64,000 nt of DNA, taken from NCBI GenBank assembly GCA_964057225.1, contig OZ059895.1, positions 17,484,001 to 17,548,000 of the forward strand, read 5' to 3'. A model generated the notes under the pieces. It did no database searches. It had not been told where the DNA came from and saw only the letters and a program-made list of their open reading frames with translations. The DNA comes from Auanema rhodensis. Lineage: Eukaryota; Animalia; Nematoda. The position numbers and the translations under genes are program-made. Shown piece after piece: positions 22,705 to 37,062 of this stretch. The number at the start of each line of letters is the position of its first letter. Position 1 is the first letter of the stretch.

Positions 22705-25700
22705 TGCGACATACGACGAGCACACACATACATGTATGAGCCTATGCATCGAATGAAAATTGTTTTATTTTAAGCTACCTTCGGATTAGAAATGGAAATA
22801 CTTACCTAACATGAAAATGAGAAAAAAAATGATGAAGTGTAGAAGATGTGACAAGATGTCTTAATGAATATGAAATGAAGGAAGATACATAAGAAAATGA
22901 AGTTCTCTAAAATCAAAAAACAAAAAATGAAGAATGAGGAAAAGATTATAATAAGATGAAAAGGAAATTAAGATAAAAAGAGATTAAACGCGTAAAAGAA
23001 GCTTAGTATGAAGGTATTGAAATTTAGATTTAATTAGTTTTTGAAAGTAATTCATCCTTTTCTTTTTTTCTGACTTAAAACCTCAAAATAACATATTTGA
23101 ATAGAATAATCAAAATTGTTGGCCAAATGCCAAGCACAATTACATACAAGATCATGTCGTACTAATACTAACTGAATATTAAATAGAAGGATATATAACA
23201 AGGTTGATAATATACATGATTATGAATGAAAAGAGAAATATTGCATTAAAAATCTTTAATTTTCGAAAATCAGCTTATTTCGGAATAGGAGAGAGAGAAT
23301 AATCCTTCTTTTATCTAGCAGCTTACAAGCCTATGTTCTTGTTGAAGCATGCTATATATTAAAAGCAGAAACATGAAATGTGAATTCCTAGATTTTAAGC
23401 TCATTTTTGGCTCAAAAGCAATGATTACATATCCATTATCTTTTTATATTCTTATTATGTCATAATGTTATAGCATGAAATGATAAAAAAATAATCATTA
23501 TGCTAACTATTTACCGCGAAATTTGCAAAAATGGATATTGGTTATATTGAAAAACAATGGCGACATCGTTATTTCCAACTGCATATATGAGAGGCGAGCC
23601 GTCTCATATGATGCAACTGACTGGCTGTCTGCCAAGAGCTATGGTGCTTGGTCAGAATGCTCTTCTACATCACAGAGACATACATACACATGAAAACAAG
23701 AAGAGAACATAAACGAATAAAATGAACAGAAAGAAAAATGATTTTAAAGTTTGTGTATGCTTATATTTGCAGGTATCCACATCAAATAGCTAATTAATCA
23801 AGATAACAAGGAGCTTTCTGTATTGTATTCTTTTTTCCTTTTTTTCTCGTCTTTCTCCTAATCTCTTTCTCTCTTCTTTTTCTATTTCTCTCTCTCTTTA
23901 TCTTTCCCTCTTTCTCCTATTTCTTTTTTCTCTCTCTCTTCTTCCTTCCTTTCTAATTGAAATAAAATCAAAACGCATACACCATCAGCTTTTTTGCTTT
24001 CACAACTAACACCATCAGTACTGAAACACAATGTGATGAAGTAGAATATGCAAGAGACAGAGAGGACGTAAGAGAATCAGAGGCAAGCTCACAAGAAGAA
24101 CTGACGTATGCACTACCCAACGGGCAAGCCTTCTACATTCTCCACCCTCCTCATCATCCTCCCTCTCCCCGCCCCAAACCCTAACATTTCGGACTCCGCC
24201 TAAAACCCCACTCTTTATCCTTCTTTCTAGCCCCACTATCGAACCCAGCAATATAACCTCTTGCTTCCACAACACCCATTTACCCCCTATATCCCCATTC
24301 TTCGCTCATCTTCTTTTCCCTCCAGCCTCCTTCCCCTCCCTCCCTGCTCCCACTCCTCATCCTTCCACATCTGAGCCACATTTTCATTGCACTGGCTACT
24401 CCGACTCTCTCTCCCACACAATGAGCCATCGATCTAGTCTGGTTCAACGATGTTTAAGGAAAGAGCTTAAAACTCGAATAACACATGTGGGGTCTGAGGA
24501 CAATGCCCGTTCATTAGCAACATCTGATTAGTCTTGTTATACATTGAAACAAGGATATTGAAATCAAATCAAGTAAATCTGAATGTCATTGAACAAGTAA
24601 CAGAGCAGCATGTGAAGATATAACCTAAATATCAACGAATATAACTTTATAAACTGAAAGGGTAGATAGCTTCAGCAGAATTATGACGATGACGTGATGC
24701 GAAAGGACGAAACTTAAGAATTGCATTATATGAGAGACTCAAAGTGAATGTAAAAAAATGAAATAGTATAACTTGAAAGAGATTGAAAAGAGATGAGACA
24801 GATAGGAGCACCTTAGAGCTTGCATTAGGATCTTAGATGGAGGAGATTGACAGCCGTCGACACGGATGTGATGCTTAATGGTCGGAGTGACGATTGTGTT
24901 TCTATGAGCAAGAAGCATGTGAATGAAATAGAGAGAAAAAGAGAATAGTTGGACACAGCTGTTATGAAATCACTTATCTATCCAAATTCTCCTCCTCGTT
25001 TTTTTTTTCTCTCTCTCTCCTTCTCTCTTTACCTGATTTTGCTCTCTGGCTCACAACTGTGCCCTCTCTTATCTCTCACTCTCTTTCAGTTAAGGTTCTA
25101 TTTCCCTTTTCTGATCCTCTGAACTTTGAAATTGTTTCCCTCGCTCTGCTACTCTTGTTCCTCCTCGATATCCGTCGTCTTCTTACAACCTTCTCACTAT
25201 CTCTGTTTCCGGTTCACATCTTTGATTTCAACAAAGTTGGTTCTTTGGTATATTCCTATCATCTTCAAACATTATACTGGGAATGTAAATCCCTATCTCT
25301 TTTCTGAATTTTCTACCGTTTTCCCAATGAAACTGTTTCTGGAGAAAAGTTTATGATGTATACCTTGAGAGGAAAACGTACACAACTCAACTTCAACGTT
25401 ATGATGTAATTTCAGAGGCTTTACCATCTCAATCTCAAAATCAATCATTATGTGTATCTTTCATCTCTAAGCCGTCATAATGCTTAGAAATATGATAAGT
25501 TCATAGTGAAAGAGAGCAAAGAAAAACCAGAATAACACAAAAAAAAGGGAATTTTATAAGAAAAAGTTTAAGAAAAATCAATTTTACACTATAAATTGGA
25601 ATGAACTATTTGTACTAAGAACTTTGAAGTACTAAAAAAAATTTTAAATTTATACAGACATGTAGTAAAGAATGAAATATTTTATTATATTTTCAGCATA

Positions 25701-28700
25701 AGATTAAACTATTGATTGAGAAAAAAATTAGATTTTTCATGTCTGATTGAGGTTTAATTGATTGTCTTATTTTCATAGATTAAGTATCTCCTATATGTAT
25801 TGCAAATTTCTTGAACTAATAATGAATATATACATATAAAATAAAATAAAATAAAGATTTTCTACAGTATTCTGGTCATCGTATACTAATACCAGTTTCT
25901 GATGCTTCAACTATTTTTTTTAAATATTATATAGTTATCTAAACATTTTTATTATTATTTAATAAATAATAATAAATAGATAAATAAATGGATACAATGA
26001 AATGATCATTTTCCTCATTTACTTATCGCTTTAGTCCCAAAAATAATATTCTTTATATGTTCATGAGTATATCGGATAAACGTTTGATTGAGCCGTGAGA
26101 CGAACGGCTCTAGAATTTGAACGCGTATGTTCCATTTAGGCGGAATTGTCAAACAGTCACTTCAATCGTTCAATTTGTCTAATCGTTATTCAATCATTCA
26201 CGTTGCGATTCGTGTAGCTAGCTTTACGGTCTGATGTATATGGACACATACTAGAGATAGATCTGAGCACAGTTGGAACAGTTAAAGAGACAACTATAGA
26301 GAGGGAGAGAGAAAACGAAAAGAGGGAGAGGAGAAGAGCATGAGGGAAGCCGAGGGAAACAAGGAGAAACGAGATAAAACGAACGAATGTGACAATATGT
26401 CCTCAAGTTGACTTACTGTCCTATATATCTATCATAATAATCTATTGTCTTTTTCACTGTCTCACTTCTGATTCAGCTTATTTTCCGCTGCTATGCAAAC
26501 AGTATGGTCAGTGGTGGACAGTTATCCTCTCTCTCTCTCTCTCTCTCTCTATATTCGCTTAATGTATATTTGTCTACCGTTTATATTACTCTCTATTCAT
26601 TTCATAATATTTTTTGCTATTTCTCTTATGCATTCTCCCTATATCATCATATTTCAACGTAACTGTCTCTATTTTCTTCAATCTCTCTATCCCTCTCTGT
26701 AGTTCTCGCAAATCTTTCTACTTCACAGTCTTCCATATATTTACGTATGTAGAACAAGCATTCATCGTTTCTATTGAGTAGTAACGAGATCGTCTGCTCA
26801 TCCTTTATCTCTCACCGTCAACCGTTTATAGCATAGTATTCCATTCCAATTTATGTAATTATATTATTTTCACCTTTATCTTCAGCAATAGATTCATTTA
26901 TTTTTAATTTTAAAATCACTTTATATCAAGATTAACAAGTTGGTTGATGTGTATAGAAATTGCTATTTGAAAGATGTGTATCCAATTTTGTGCAACATCT
27001 CTCATATGCTTTATCAAGTTACAAGCTTTATATCATTCCACTGTAATCATGTTTTATCAATGCACATGCTGCTCAAATTTTGTTAAGGTTTACCTTCTAG
27101 GAAGAAATGGGAAAAGACGGCAAAATCCAAACTCTCATTCAGTCATACCATTAATGTAACGTGTTTGTTTTTTTAATTTGTATATTTCAATCTGACCAAA
27201 ATTTCTTTAATACTTTCAAAATGTCCAAGTAGTTTTCTCATTGAAATGACCTTTCGCAGACTTTTTTTTCTTTTTTTTTAAACTTTCTTACAAAGTAAAT
27301 AAAGAATCTGAATTCTATAACATATTTAATACGTAAATACATACATACATAATATGTCTCTATATGTATTTTGAACGAATTTGAACAGATTTTTTGTTCG
27401 TCCTATTTCTCTCTTTATCTCCCCCTCTCTTTCTCTCTCTCTCTATCTTTCTCTCTCTCTCCCTCTTTCTCTCTTTCTCCCTATTTTCTCTCTACCTCTA
27501 CCTCTCTCTTACTACCTACTTCATCCTTCCTCTCTCTTTTCTCATTCTTGACTACCGAGGACACTTAATGTATCTGACCTGTTTCATATTACTTCAAGTT
27601 TGTTGCAAATTTTCTATTCATATACTCATCAACTACCATGTACAGACACTACCTACTTACTCTATACATATCTCTATTCCACTCTTGAAATCGTCACTAA
27701 AACTTCTTCTCTATTCATTTTAGTCATTTTTTGATTTTGCTAAGTATCAGCATACATCCGTTCTCTCTATTTTTCCTAATTTCTTATAGCCAAATAAGTT
27801 ATTTCCTATAACTTTTAAGTAATACATGGTTATGTGAATGTTCTCGTTTTGGCATACCGCATGAATATCCAAATAATTCTAATCAGGTGAAAATCAAAAT
27901 ATATCTATTCTGTCTGTATTCTGAACTCCATAATCTTATTCTAAAACTCAGACATATTTCTTCAATGTATTTCTAAATTTTCATAATAAAAGTTGAAAAT
28001 ATTAATTTGCTAATGCTCTATCAAATGATTCGTCTTTTTTCTCGACTTAGCTTTTGTTCTTCTTGGATATTAATTAAACAGAAGAGCCCAGCGGTCCACA
28101 GCCACCAGTGCTGCTGACCTGTTCACTTCTGGCTGGTCTTCAATCCGGAATATAACATTTGCCTTTCGGCTCTTTCCTCGTCTATCCGTCTGCTTCTGGT
28201 TATCTTTGGAACTTTGCCTTTTACCATATTTTTCTTTTTTCTCAATTCAAAACATGACACATCAAAAATGTCTATCCTTTCCGAAAGTGTTCTGGGTTTA
28301 ATTTTTTTTTAATTGGTCGTTAATGACGATTTTTCTGGCTATTCGTTGATGATCGTCAATATTCTCAGAGCAACTTCTTTCATTTCAATCTTCCCATTTC
28401 TCTCTTTCAAACAAACTTGGAAATTTATTGAGATTACTTCACATTTTCTTTATTTTCACAAAATAAGGTAATTCCTTTTATGTAATTTCAACTGTATGTA
28501 GATTCGTTCAAGTTTTGAAATTTATTTATTCATATATGAATCTAATATGTGATTAATCATTAAGCTAAGATAAAAATGAAGAATTTCATGTTGTTGTTCT
28601 AAGAATTAAGAGTTACCATCTTATCGTCAGGGCCAATTACATTCGTTCATACTGATGACGACTTCCAGTTTAACCATCTTCGTTTCTTGTCCTCAGGCTA

Positions 28701-30196
28701 TTCATAGAATACACTGACCTTTCAACCAGTTTACCAATCCTTTCCCATTTCTCATTTATTTCAGTTTATCCTTTCCTCGGCCATTTCATCTCAATTACAT
28801 AGTCGCCATAATATGTTTTGTTTGTGCATCGTTTACAACCTTTTCTGAAAAACGAACAAAAGAGTAATTGAAAGAAGTTAGTACAGTTCATCTTCAATCA
28901 TTTCAACGTCAAAAGTAAAAAAAGTTTAAAAACTTAAGTTTTTCACAAACATTCTCAGTTACGAACCTGATGGCGCAGCGGCTTGTTCATGATATTTATT
29001 GACATTAATGATTTCTTTATGAAAAGGTATTTCAACTCCGACTGCCTTATTCTCAGATTTGATCCGTATTGTTTGGCCACACACTACCACCAATACCATC
29101 CAAATTTCCAAAACAAGAACATATTATACATCAATAGAGTTCTCAGTCATTGCTTTAAATTAATGCAAGTTTCAACTTTTTTTGATCTTTTTAGTCTATT
29201 AATCATGCTCAAGCTTATCGGACATTAACTGAACGACTGAAAGCTAATTGGAAACTGACAAGAAGCTTGGTAGATCAATCTGTTTGCTTATGTCGCTAAT
29301 GCACGGAAGAGACTGTCTTCTCTTTTCTTCTTCGTATTCAATCTCTATCTTAGTTATATTCTCATCAATTCATTTTCTCCAAAAAAAAAGATTTCGAAAA
29401 ACACAGCGAAGGTCAGCAAAAACCAATATCTACGTGAGCTAAGCTGTTCGAGTGCACGAGCCAGCTTTTCCTTCATCCTGTTAATATCGAAAACTAATCG
29501 CATTGATTTCATTGTCATAAAGCCATGGTTTCATTGATTTTTTAAAATTTTAATTAAACTTTAATTTGCTTTTTTGTGAATTTTATACTTTATGCAGTCG
29601 TTCAAACCACAATATTCATACAATTATGAGTTATTTAACGAATTTTGAGACTATCGAGCATGATTAATCACATCAACTTTGTCGTTCATTTCTACATAAT
29701 TCGACTTCGACGATTTTCCTCAACAACAAAAAAAAAGTTTTTTCTTTGAATCCGAAAACTTTGGCCGTGTAGTCGATTTTCCAAAAATGAAAATATACAC
29801 AAGTAGTAGTAATGAGAAAAGTAGGTGAGTTATCGTGATTACTTTCATTTCATCTTTTCTAATTCAAAAAAAATACGTCAAAAGCGACGCCCTGTACCAT
29901 GTGTGTTGCTGACATGACTTTGTGAGAAAAACGATCAAAAATGACCAGAGACACAGCTGGTGATCAATCCATTTCTAGAATATACCAGCTCAATGAGGCC
30001 TGAGGTCGAGATATCTCGCAATTGCAACGAAGCAAGTTCTATACTAGCTGTTAACCTCTTTTCTAACATTCAGCATCATCGATCCATCTTCATATTATGT
30101 TATCATGACACGTTATAGAAAAAAAAGATAATATTTCATCGATTTTATCCTCATCAGTTCATGTTAATCTCACGTGCGTTAGAATGACGTTTTTCA

Positions 30197-30258
30197 TCAC
30201 GTGAACTGTTCACGTGAACTATTCACGTGAACTATTCGCGTGAACTATTCACGTGAAC
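30197..30258. repeat. 13-bp tandem repeat x5 carrying the TCACGTGA E-box
   Basis: (TTCACGTGAACTA)n; one unit reads TCGCGTGA. Confidence 0.85.
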
Positions 30259-32969
30259 GAAATTCATTTTATGTTTTTTTCATGTACAGAATGGTTGTTT
30301 CTTTCCACGTTTTTATATTCTAGAGTTATTTTTATTTTAGTTTTCTCATTCTTTTCCACCCACCCGCCCATCATTTTGTTCACATAAGGAGAGACAAAAA
30401 CGTGTTTAACCACTTCAGTATAATTTTTTTTGAGCAAAAAAAATACAAAACAGTGATCTTGTGATTTTTGTAAGCTTTACCAGGTTTATTATAGTCGCAC
30501 AGATTATCTATCTCATTGCTCAACCACTTCAAACTCTTCCTGTTCTCAGTCTATATCATCTTTAATCGAAAATAAAGAGAGACATTGATCCCACTAGGAA
30601 GAGAAAACGCTTTGAAAGCTGAGCAGAAAATTAAATCTGTGTAGAAATTTAAATTTCGAAAAACAAATGAAAGAAAGGCTGTTTAAAAGAGTTCCGTTTA
30701 TCTCTTTCCTTTATTTTATACTGTGATATCTCGGCGTTTCCTTAGCTTTCAATCTTTCTCTCAACTAAGAGCTCTAGTTTGATTCGCTCACACAGCTCAG
30801 TGCCACACCCAAATTATCTGTTTTACTGTTAGAAAGGACAGGTTGAACACTGAAGCTAATACCTCACTTACCCTGCTTCTGATATAGATTTAAGTATTAA
30901 AGACAAGCGGCTAAAAACAAGATGTCTTGCCTCTTCAAAGTGAAAAGAGCTCTTGTCTAAAAGATTTGTTTGTTTAGTAGAAAAAGGAAAGGTGAGGTTT
31001 TTAAGAAAGAAGTTTTTCAAATATGTCTATACATCCTCCTTGAGTATATATCGTTGATGCCAATATAAGGTCACACCGACCATCAAGACTTGCCTATCTC
31101 AAGATCGTTTAAGTTCTGTGTGAGAATCATGAGATTTCAACGTAACATTATAGAACTTTGAAAATTGTTATTATCTATCCAGAACTTTGATTCTTCGATG
31201 TATTGCTCGAAATCCATTCATCCTACCTAGCTTAGGCCTGTAATATGCATACAATACATCTTCGCAACATTATGTATGTGTCAGTCTCCTAAAACTTTCC
31301 GTTTATGACTAGCCTTCCCAAATCACTCGTACGACCATCACAACTATCACCGACCCCTTCCCTCTTCCACTATCTCTCTCTCTCTCTCTCTTTCATTTCA
31401 TACCACATCTTGCGTAAAATCTGTGTCTCATCTTGTATATGATACTTCTGATGCAAATTTGCAAATTTCTCTTCATTTCCATGCTATTTATGATACGTTT
31501 TGTCATTTCAATATAAAATTGGATACTGATCAGATTCGATAGACGTAAAAGAGGAGTTTTATCTTTGAATTCCTCGGCACGAGAATCGTTTCTGATGACA
31601 GCTATATGTATTTTAACCTTCTTGTTTTATCACCAACAATGATAATGTATTTTTTATTAACTGTTTGTTTTGATGCAAATATTCTCATTATTCTTAGAAA
31701 GAAAATGATTTTTCTTCTTCCAATTACCCTTTCCCTCTTTCTTGCGTTTTGTTATTTTACTTTTAAATCCTCTAATAAATATAAGCAAATCCAAAGAAAA
31801 CAAACCAATAAAATCTCATTAAACCGAAGTAAAACCTGATCAATTCTAATCAGATCTTTGTTAGTGATCACTTAGCACGACTAAAAAATCTAAGTTAGAA
31901 TATGGGAACGACGATATTGAATGGGTTAAGTATTAATGATGTAATCACTAGTGGCCATCAGATGCCGCATCCTTCTAGTGGTCATCATAATCAGCGACAT
32001 CATTAGCAACATGTTTGTCCTCTTTTTACTTTCTCCTATTGCACAGCAAAAAAAAAGAAAAAGAAAACGTTTCTCATAATCGCATACTTAGTGAGTACAT
32101 TTAATGACTTTTTCAAGTTTTTTAACACCAACACAAAGCTAATAGCCTATTGCAAACTATTCATATGTTGTTCGAAGCCATATAACTAACTTCTAATCCA
32201 TTATTCCAACACATTACATCGCATAGTTAGCAATAATATTATGTGAATTTCACAGTCAAAACGAAATATATTTCATCTACCACCCACTAACCCTCCCACC
32301 CATTATAAATGGTATTGAGATTAAACGTATGAATTCTTGTTGAATTCATAGTTTCTTCGATTATGAAAAACATATCTCATTATCTCATTACTAAGTTTTT
32401 CAGTTATCATTTCTACATCTTCAGCTCTAGTCTTTTCATTGGTTTTCCTCAATTCATGTTATTAACAGCAAGTAAAATCGTCAATCTGCACTGTAATCTA
32501 TGAGATCCATACCCTTTGAGGTTTTTTTTGCCTCAAATACTCCCTTTACATTGCATTTCGATCTGATGAATCTATATCTTTTCATACAATCTTTCTATTC
32601 CTGACCGCAACCTCTTCCGATCAACATCGCTATAACTATATCTTCATCAACGAAATCGATATACTGCCAGCTATGTTAATTAACCTATACATATAGTTAT
32701 AATAGTTAATACCTTCTCACGGATGGCTAATTAAACTTTTCACTCAGATATCTATGTATCTCCTTTCTCTCTCTCTTTTTCGTCGTTAATTTCTCTTGTA
32801 CTGTTATTCTCGAAAATTTGCCTGATACTCAATTATTTTTTTAGATTTCTATGATTCAAGATGGATTAGATCAAATCCTATCTCGATCCTGTTCAAAAGC
32901 AATTCAAGATCATACCTTTGCTTCTGAATCCTTACGTCATCAAACTGTTGCTAATTCAACACCGGCATC

Positions 32970-35243
32970 ATGGCAGATCGTTCAACTGCCGGGCCCGGGT
33001 ACTACACCACGGGAACAGTCAAAATTATTCCCGCATCTGCTATGAGAGATCAGCAATTCTGTTTTGATCCTACACTGTATGGACACGTGAGTTTATTTGA
33101 TGATCTTTTTTTTCGTCCTTTTTTTCTGGAGAAGAAACATTGAAATTTCAAGATTTTTGTACTTTTCCCTACGGAATTGAGTTTCCTATTTCTAACTAAT
33201 TCATATCTTTTTCACCTCTATTACCAAAAATATGACATTTGTCCACTTATACTAATTCACGAACTTTTGTTAAATCAGCCAAACATGGCAATTATTTATT
33301 TATATGATTATCAAACATGATGAGCGTTCAGCCATGAAAGATTAGCAGCATCTAGTCATGCTCAAAGTTGTCCCGAATTGTTTTGATGCTCATACTTATT
33401 CTCCCAATAGATCAATCTGATAGTCGTTGATGAAAGACACAGCAACATTTATTCTATATTAAACTATATTTTGATCATTTACTATCTATTTAATGTCATA
33501 AAAGAATAGTTCGAGCATTAGAATTGGCTTTGTAAGTTGAGTGAAACTCCCATCTCTCTCACTTCACATCTAAACAGATCAGTTATTTTCCAATTGGCAA
33601 TCATTTATCCCATGTAATCTGTAAATATGCACGTGTTTTGGAAAAACGAATTCCATTCTAAAAACATAAATTTTCAGAAAAAAAAGGTTTCTCGATAATT
33701 TCAATGAAAACTATTTCTATACTAGATTCAGTTTAGAATTTTAAATCTCTTCGAAAATCATCTTTCTTGACAAACCGTCTATTTACCTGTAACATTCCAT
33801 CTAATGATCTCAAGACACTCATGTTCCTCCTCACTTTGTAATCTCTGTAAATCGTGTACTATCTCTACTATCTTGTTCATTTAGCTTCTCTATTTTGTTC
33901 TTCCTCCTTCCCCTTCTCCCATCATCTCAGCTTCATCTACTTCTTCATCGTTTCGTCATTCCTTCGTGTTCTCTTATACCGAGCTCTATCATGTTTCTGT
34001 GCTACAGGTCTTCATCGCATAAGTGAAACAAAGAAAAAGCATAGATCAGTGAGTACTAGAGAACAAGAAGAAAGTAAAGGAGATAGAGCACGATTGAAGA
34101 GCGCGGTTAGAGCTAAGGAGGAAAAGTAAAGTGTAGGAGAGAGATTGCTGACCTGCATGAAGAAAATGGAGAGAAGTGCGTACAAGAGCTAGCTGAGTAA
34201 GGTGATCGAGAATACTTCTTCTTTCGTGTTTATTTCTCTCATTCGATCACCCTTTTCTTGATATCTGATGTTTAGCTTAAGCTGCTACAGAAGCCGACTG
34301 ACCAAATTGTGACTCTTATTGTCAGTTATAGCCTGAGCGTAAAAGTGCATTTTTTATTTTTAAATTTATTTTTTCATTCAATATTTCATACTAATTTTCA
34401 TTCAAATTTTTTTGCAACTTGAATATGTTTGCGTATTACGTTGAAACTTTGACTGTTACAAGCTGGTTTCATCGTGTTTCACTCAATTATTTGAAATTAT
34501 ATTTGCGATAACTCTTTGTTTCAAGTTTAATGCAAAGATAACTATTTTGAATTGTCAACCCTCATCCATGCCTTCAACGTTGCGAATCTTGAGAAAAAAA
34601 GGACTTTTTCATCCTTTTCCAAGCAATATTATGAACTTTATCTGATGCTTAGTTGAACAATCTCTAAATTACTGCTCATTATTTGTAGATTTTCTTTCTT
34701 ATATCTATACTATCAATTATTCTACTAATATTCGCTTAAAAATAAATTAAAACACAGATGATTCTGTATTATTATTCATATTTTCTCTGATTTATGATCC
34801 TAGATGCAACATTGCAACATGACATTGCGCCAAAGTTTAAGTCAGAATTTAGCCTCAAATTCAAATAAAATTTTTTTTTTCAAATTAATCGATGACATAA
34901 CCCTTGTGTTTTCTCTTTCAAATGCTTTTCTTTTAAATGAATGAATGTGTGGTAAAAAGGGGAGAATGAGAGTATGAGGCTATACTGTTACCGTGAGTTG
35001 AGTTGACGAAAAGTCAACAGAGTACTGACCATCTATTGCCAAATGTAGCTTATTGACACAACATAGTATTTGACGTTCAGTATACACATAGTTATGATTA
35101 TTTTCTTTTAAGATCTAGACACATATAGTTATCCGTGTAAGACTAATAAAACAATTTTTTCCTCATCTTCTTCTCTATCATCTCCTTTCTTCGAGATCAT
35201 CATCCCATTTACCAACGTCAACATCCACACTTATTTGTTTAGG

Positions 35244-35274
<31 letters not shown>

Positions 35275-37062
35275 GTCTTATCCTCAACCAATTAACGTAG
35301 CTTATTATATGACCGGAGGCATGTATAATGTATCTGGAAATGGAGGATATTTACATGAGCCATATGGACAGAATGCTTACATAGGTAAGCTAAACTGATC
35401 AATCTAGCTTTATCACTTCGATAAACAATTGTTTCAATCAATTCATTCTTGTCAATTTCTAGATCAGTTTGGTGAGAATAACGGTTATCCATATTATGGT
35501 AACTATAATTATACACCATATGCCTATCAACCTCAATCCGTGCATCCTGGAGCATACGGACCTTATGCTGGAGCATCAAGTGCCTATCGCCCGTACCCTC
35601 AACCTCAACCTTCACCACCTAGGCGCTCCAGGTGAATATTGAAGCTCGCTTATTCTATTTCAACCTTTGAACTCTTTAGGACAGCTCCGAATCGATCCGG
35701 CAGAAATTCTATCGTCTATCATACAGATCAACGTAGAACTCGTGGTTTCTCTGCAAATCCTTACGATACTCGACGAATACCATCTTCTAACCAACCTAAG
35801 GTTTCAGCTTAAAACTCTTGTAGCTTTGTAATATCAATGATTTCAGACATATTTCGTGCAACCAACCAAAAAATCGAACCCTGTATACAAAAAGCGTCGA
35901 GAACCAACAATACAACGATCACAAATGGTATGAATATTTTCAAATGTTTTGTGTTTATTTCCAAATTTTCTGTTTATCATGCTGACCATTTGCAGGAAAC
36001 AGATTTTGGCGGCGGAGCTAGTACCCTAGATTATAATGCTTTTCCATCCAGATATTATCCTGAAACTTCGGTCCGTTTTCCACTAATTTATAAATTTAAT
36101 TTCACAATATTATCACCATTTATTAAATTGAAGATATGTTTTTCAGACAGTACAACAACAGCAACAAACATTAAGGAGGATACGACCGTATTATGCTCCA
36201 AGCTATGCTACATATCCTCCATCAACAATGCATAAAACTACAAAAAAATTAGATACGAAACGATATCCCTTATATGCTAGAATAATTTTAAAATTTGCAC
36301 AACTGGTTAGCAACATTTTACCAACTTTTTGTTGTAACTATCTTTTTTTTCAGATACTGGCTGCAGCTATATTAGGGTTAGTTCTTGGTCCAATGAAAGG
36401 ATACACATTTCATGATTTTGTCGTCCGACATAACACTGAATGGCAAGGTAAGATTGCTCAATGAATTAACATCTTCTGTAGAATTTTCTCAAATTTATAA
36501 AAAAAAAGTTTATGAAAAACTTCAACGTATGCATTTTCTTTTAGGTCTCGTCGTTGGAATTGTTTCATGTTGGGGAATTCTAACAGCTATTCTTCTAGTA
36601 ACTTGTTGCTTAGCTAATAAAGTTCATGCTTGGCGAAAGCTGGTTAGTGTTAAATCTTAAAATAGATTTACAATCTCATAAGCGGCAACTTTTAATTTAA
36701 CCTTTCAGGATGCTCATGTAAACTTGATAGGTATTTTGGCATATCTAGTTGCATCTTTTTTGGAAGCATACTATGCAGCTTGCTATCCACCAAACGGACC
36801 ACGAATAAATCTTGTCTGTCATCGAGCAGAGTGGATTATTGCAACCGTAAGTTTATGAGAAAACTGAGTAAAATTGAAAAACGTAGTTCTTGACACAACA
36901 TGATTCATCCGCAAAACTTTTTTGTGTCCTAAACGAACAATGCCAGTTCAATTCAACAGATATCATTCACTTTACGTTTTTTAGGTTTTATGTTTTATTA
37001 ACATCGTGCTATATGTGATCGACTTCTCACTTTCATGGTTCTCAGGAGTTACAATGCTTTAG
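32970..37062 (+). CDS. MARVEL-like four-transmembrane protein with a long Q/Y/P-rich N-terminus, multi-exon
   Basis: First coding exon 32970-33086 (MADRSTAGPG...LYGH|gtgagt) splices in phase 0 to 35243 (EQQQQQHQQQQSYPQ). C-terminal exons give ILKFAQLILAAAILGLV, LVVGIVSCWGILTAILLV, LIGILAYLVASFLEAYY and WIIATVLCFINIVLYVIDF, a MARVEL-type TM pattern. Stop TAG at 37060-37062. Confidence 0.8.

Noticed and set aside
23581-26112. Small hairpins at 23581-23614 and 26090-26110 (miRNA or Helitron end?)
   Set aside because: The stems are too short for pre-miRNAs, and the spacing to CTAG and lack of a matching 5' end do not fit a Helitron.
27100-28315. Possible small coding exons at ~27101 and ~28082
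   Set aside because: Acceptor-like sites exist but I could not build a phase-consistent, recognisable protein. They may be UTR exons.
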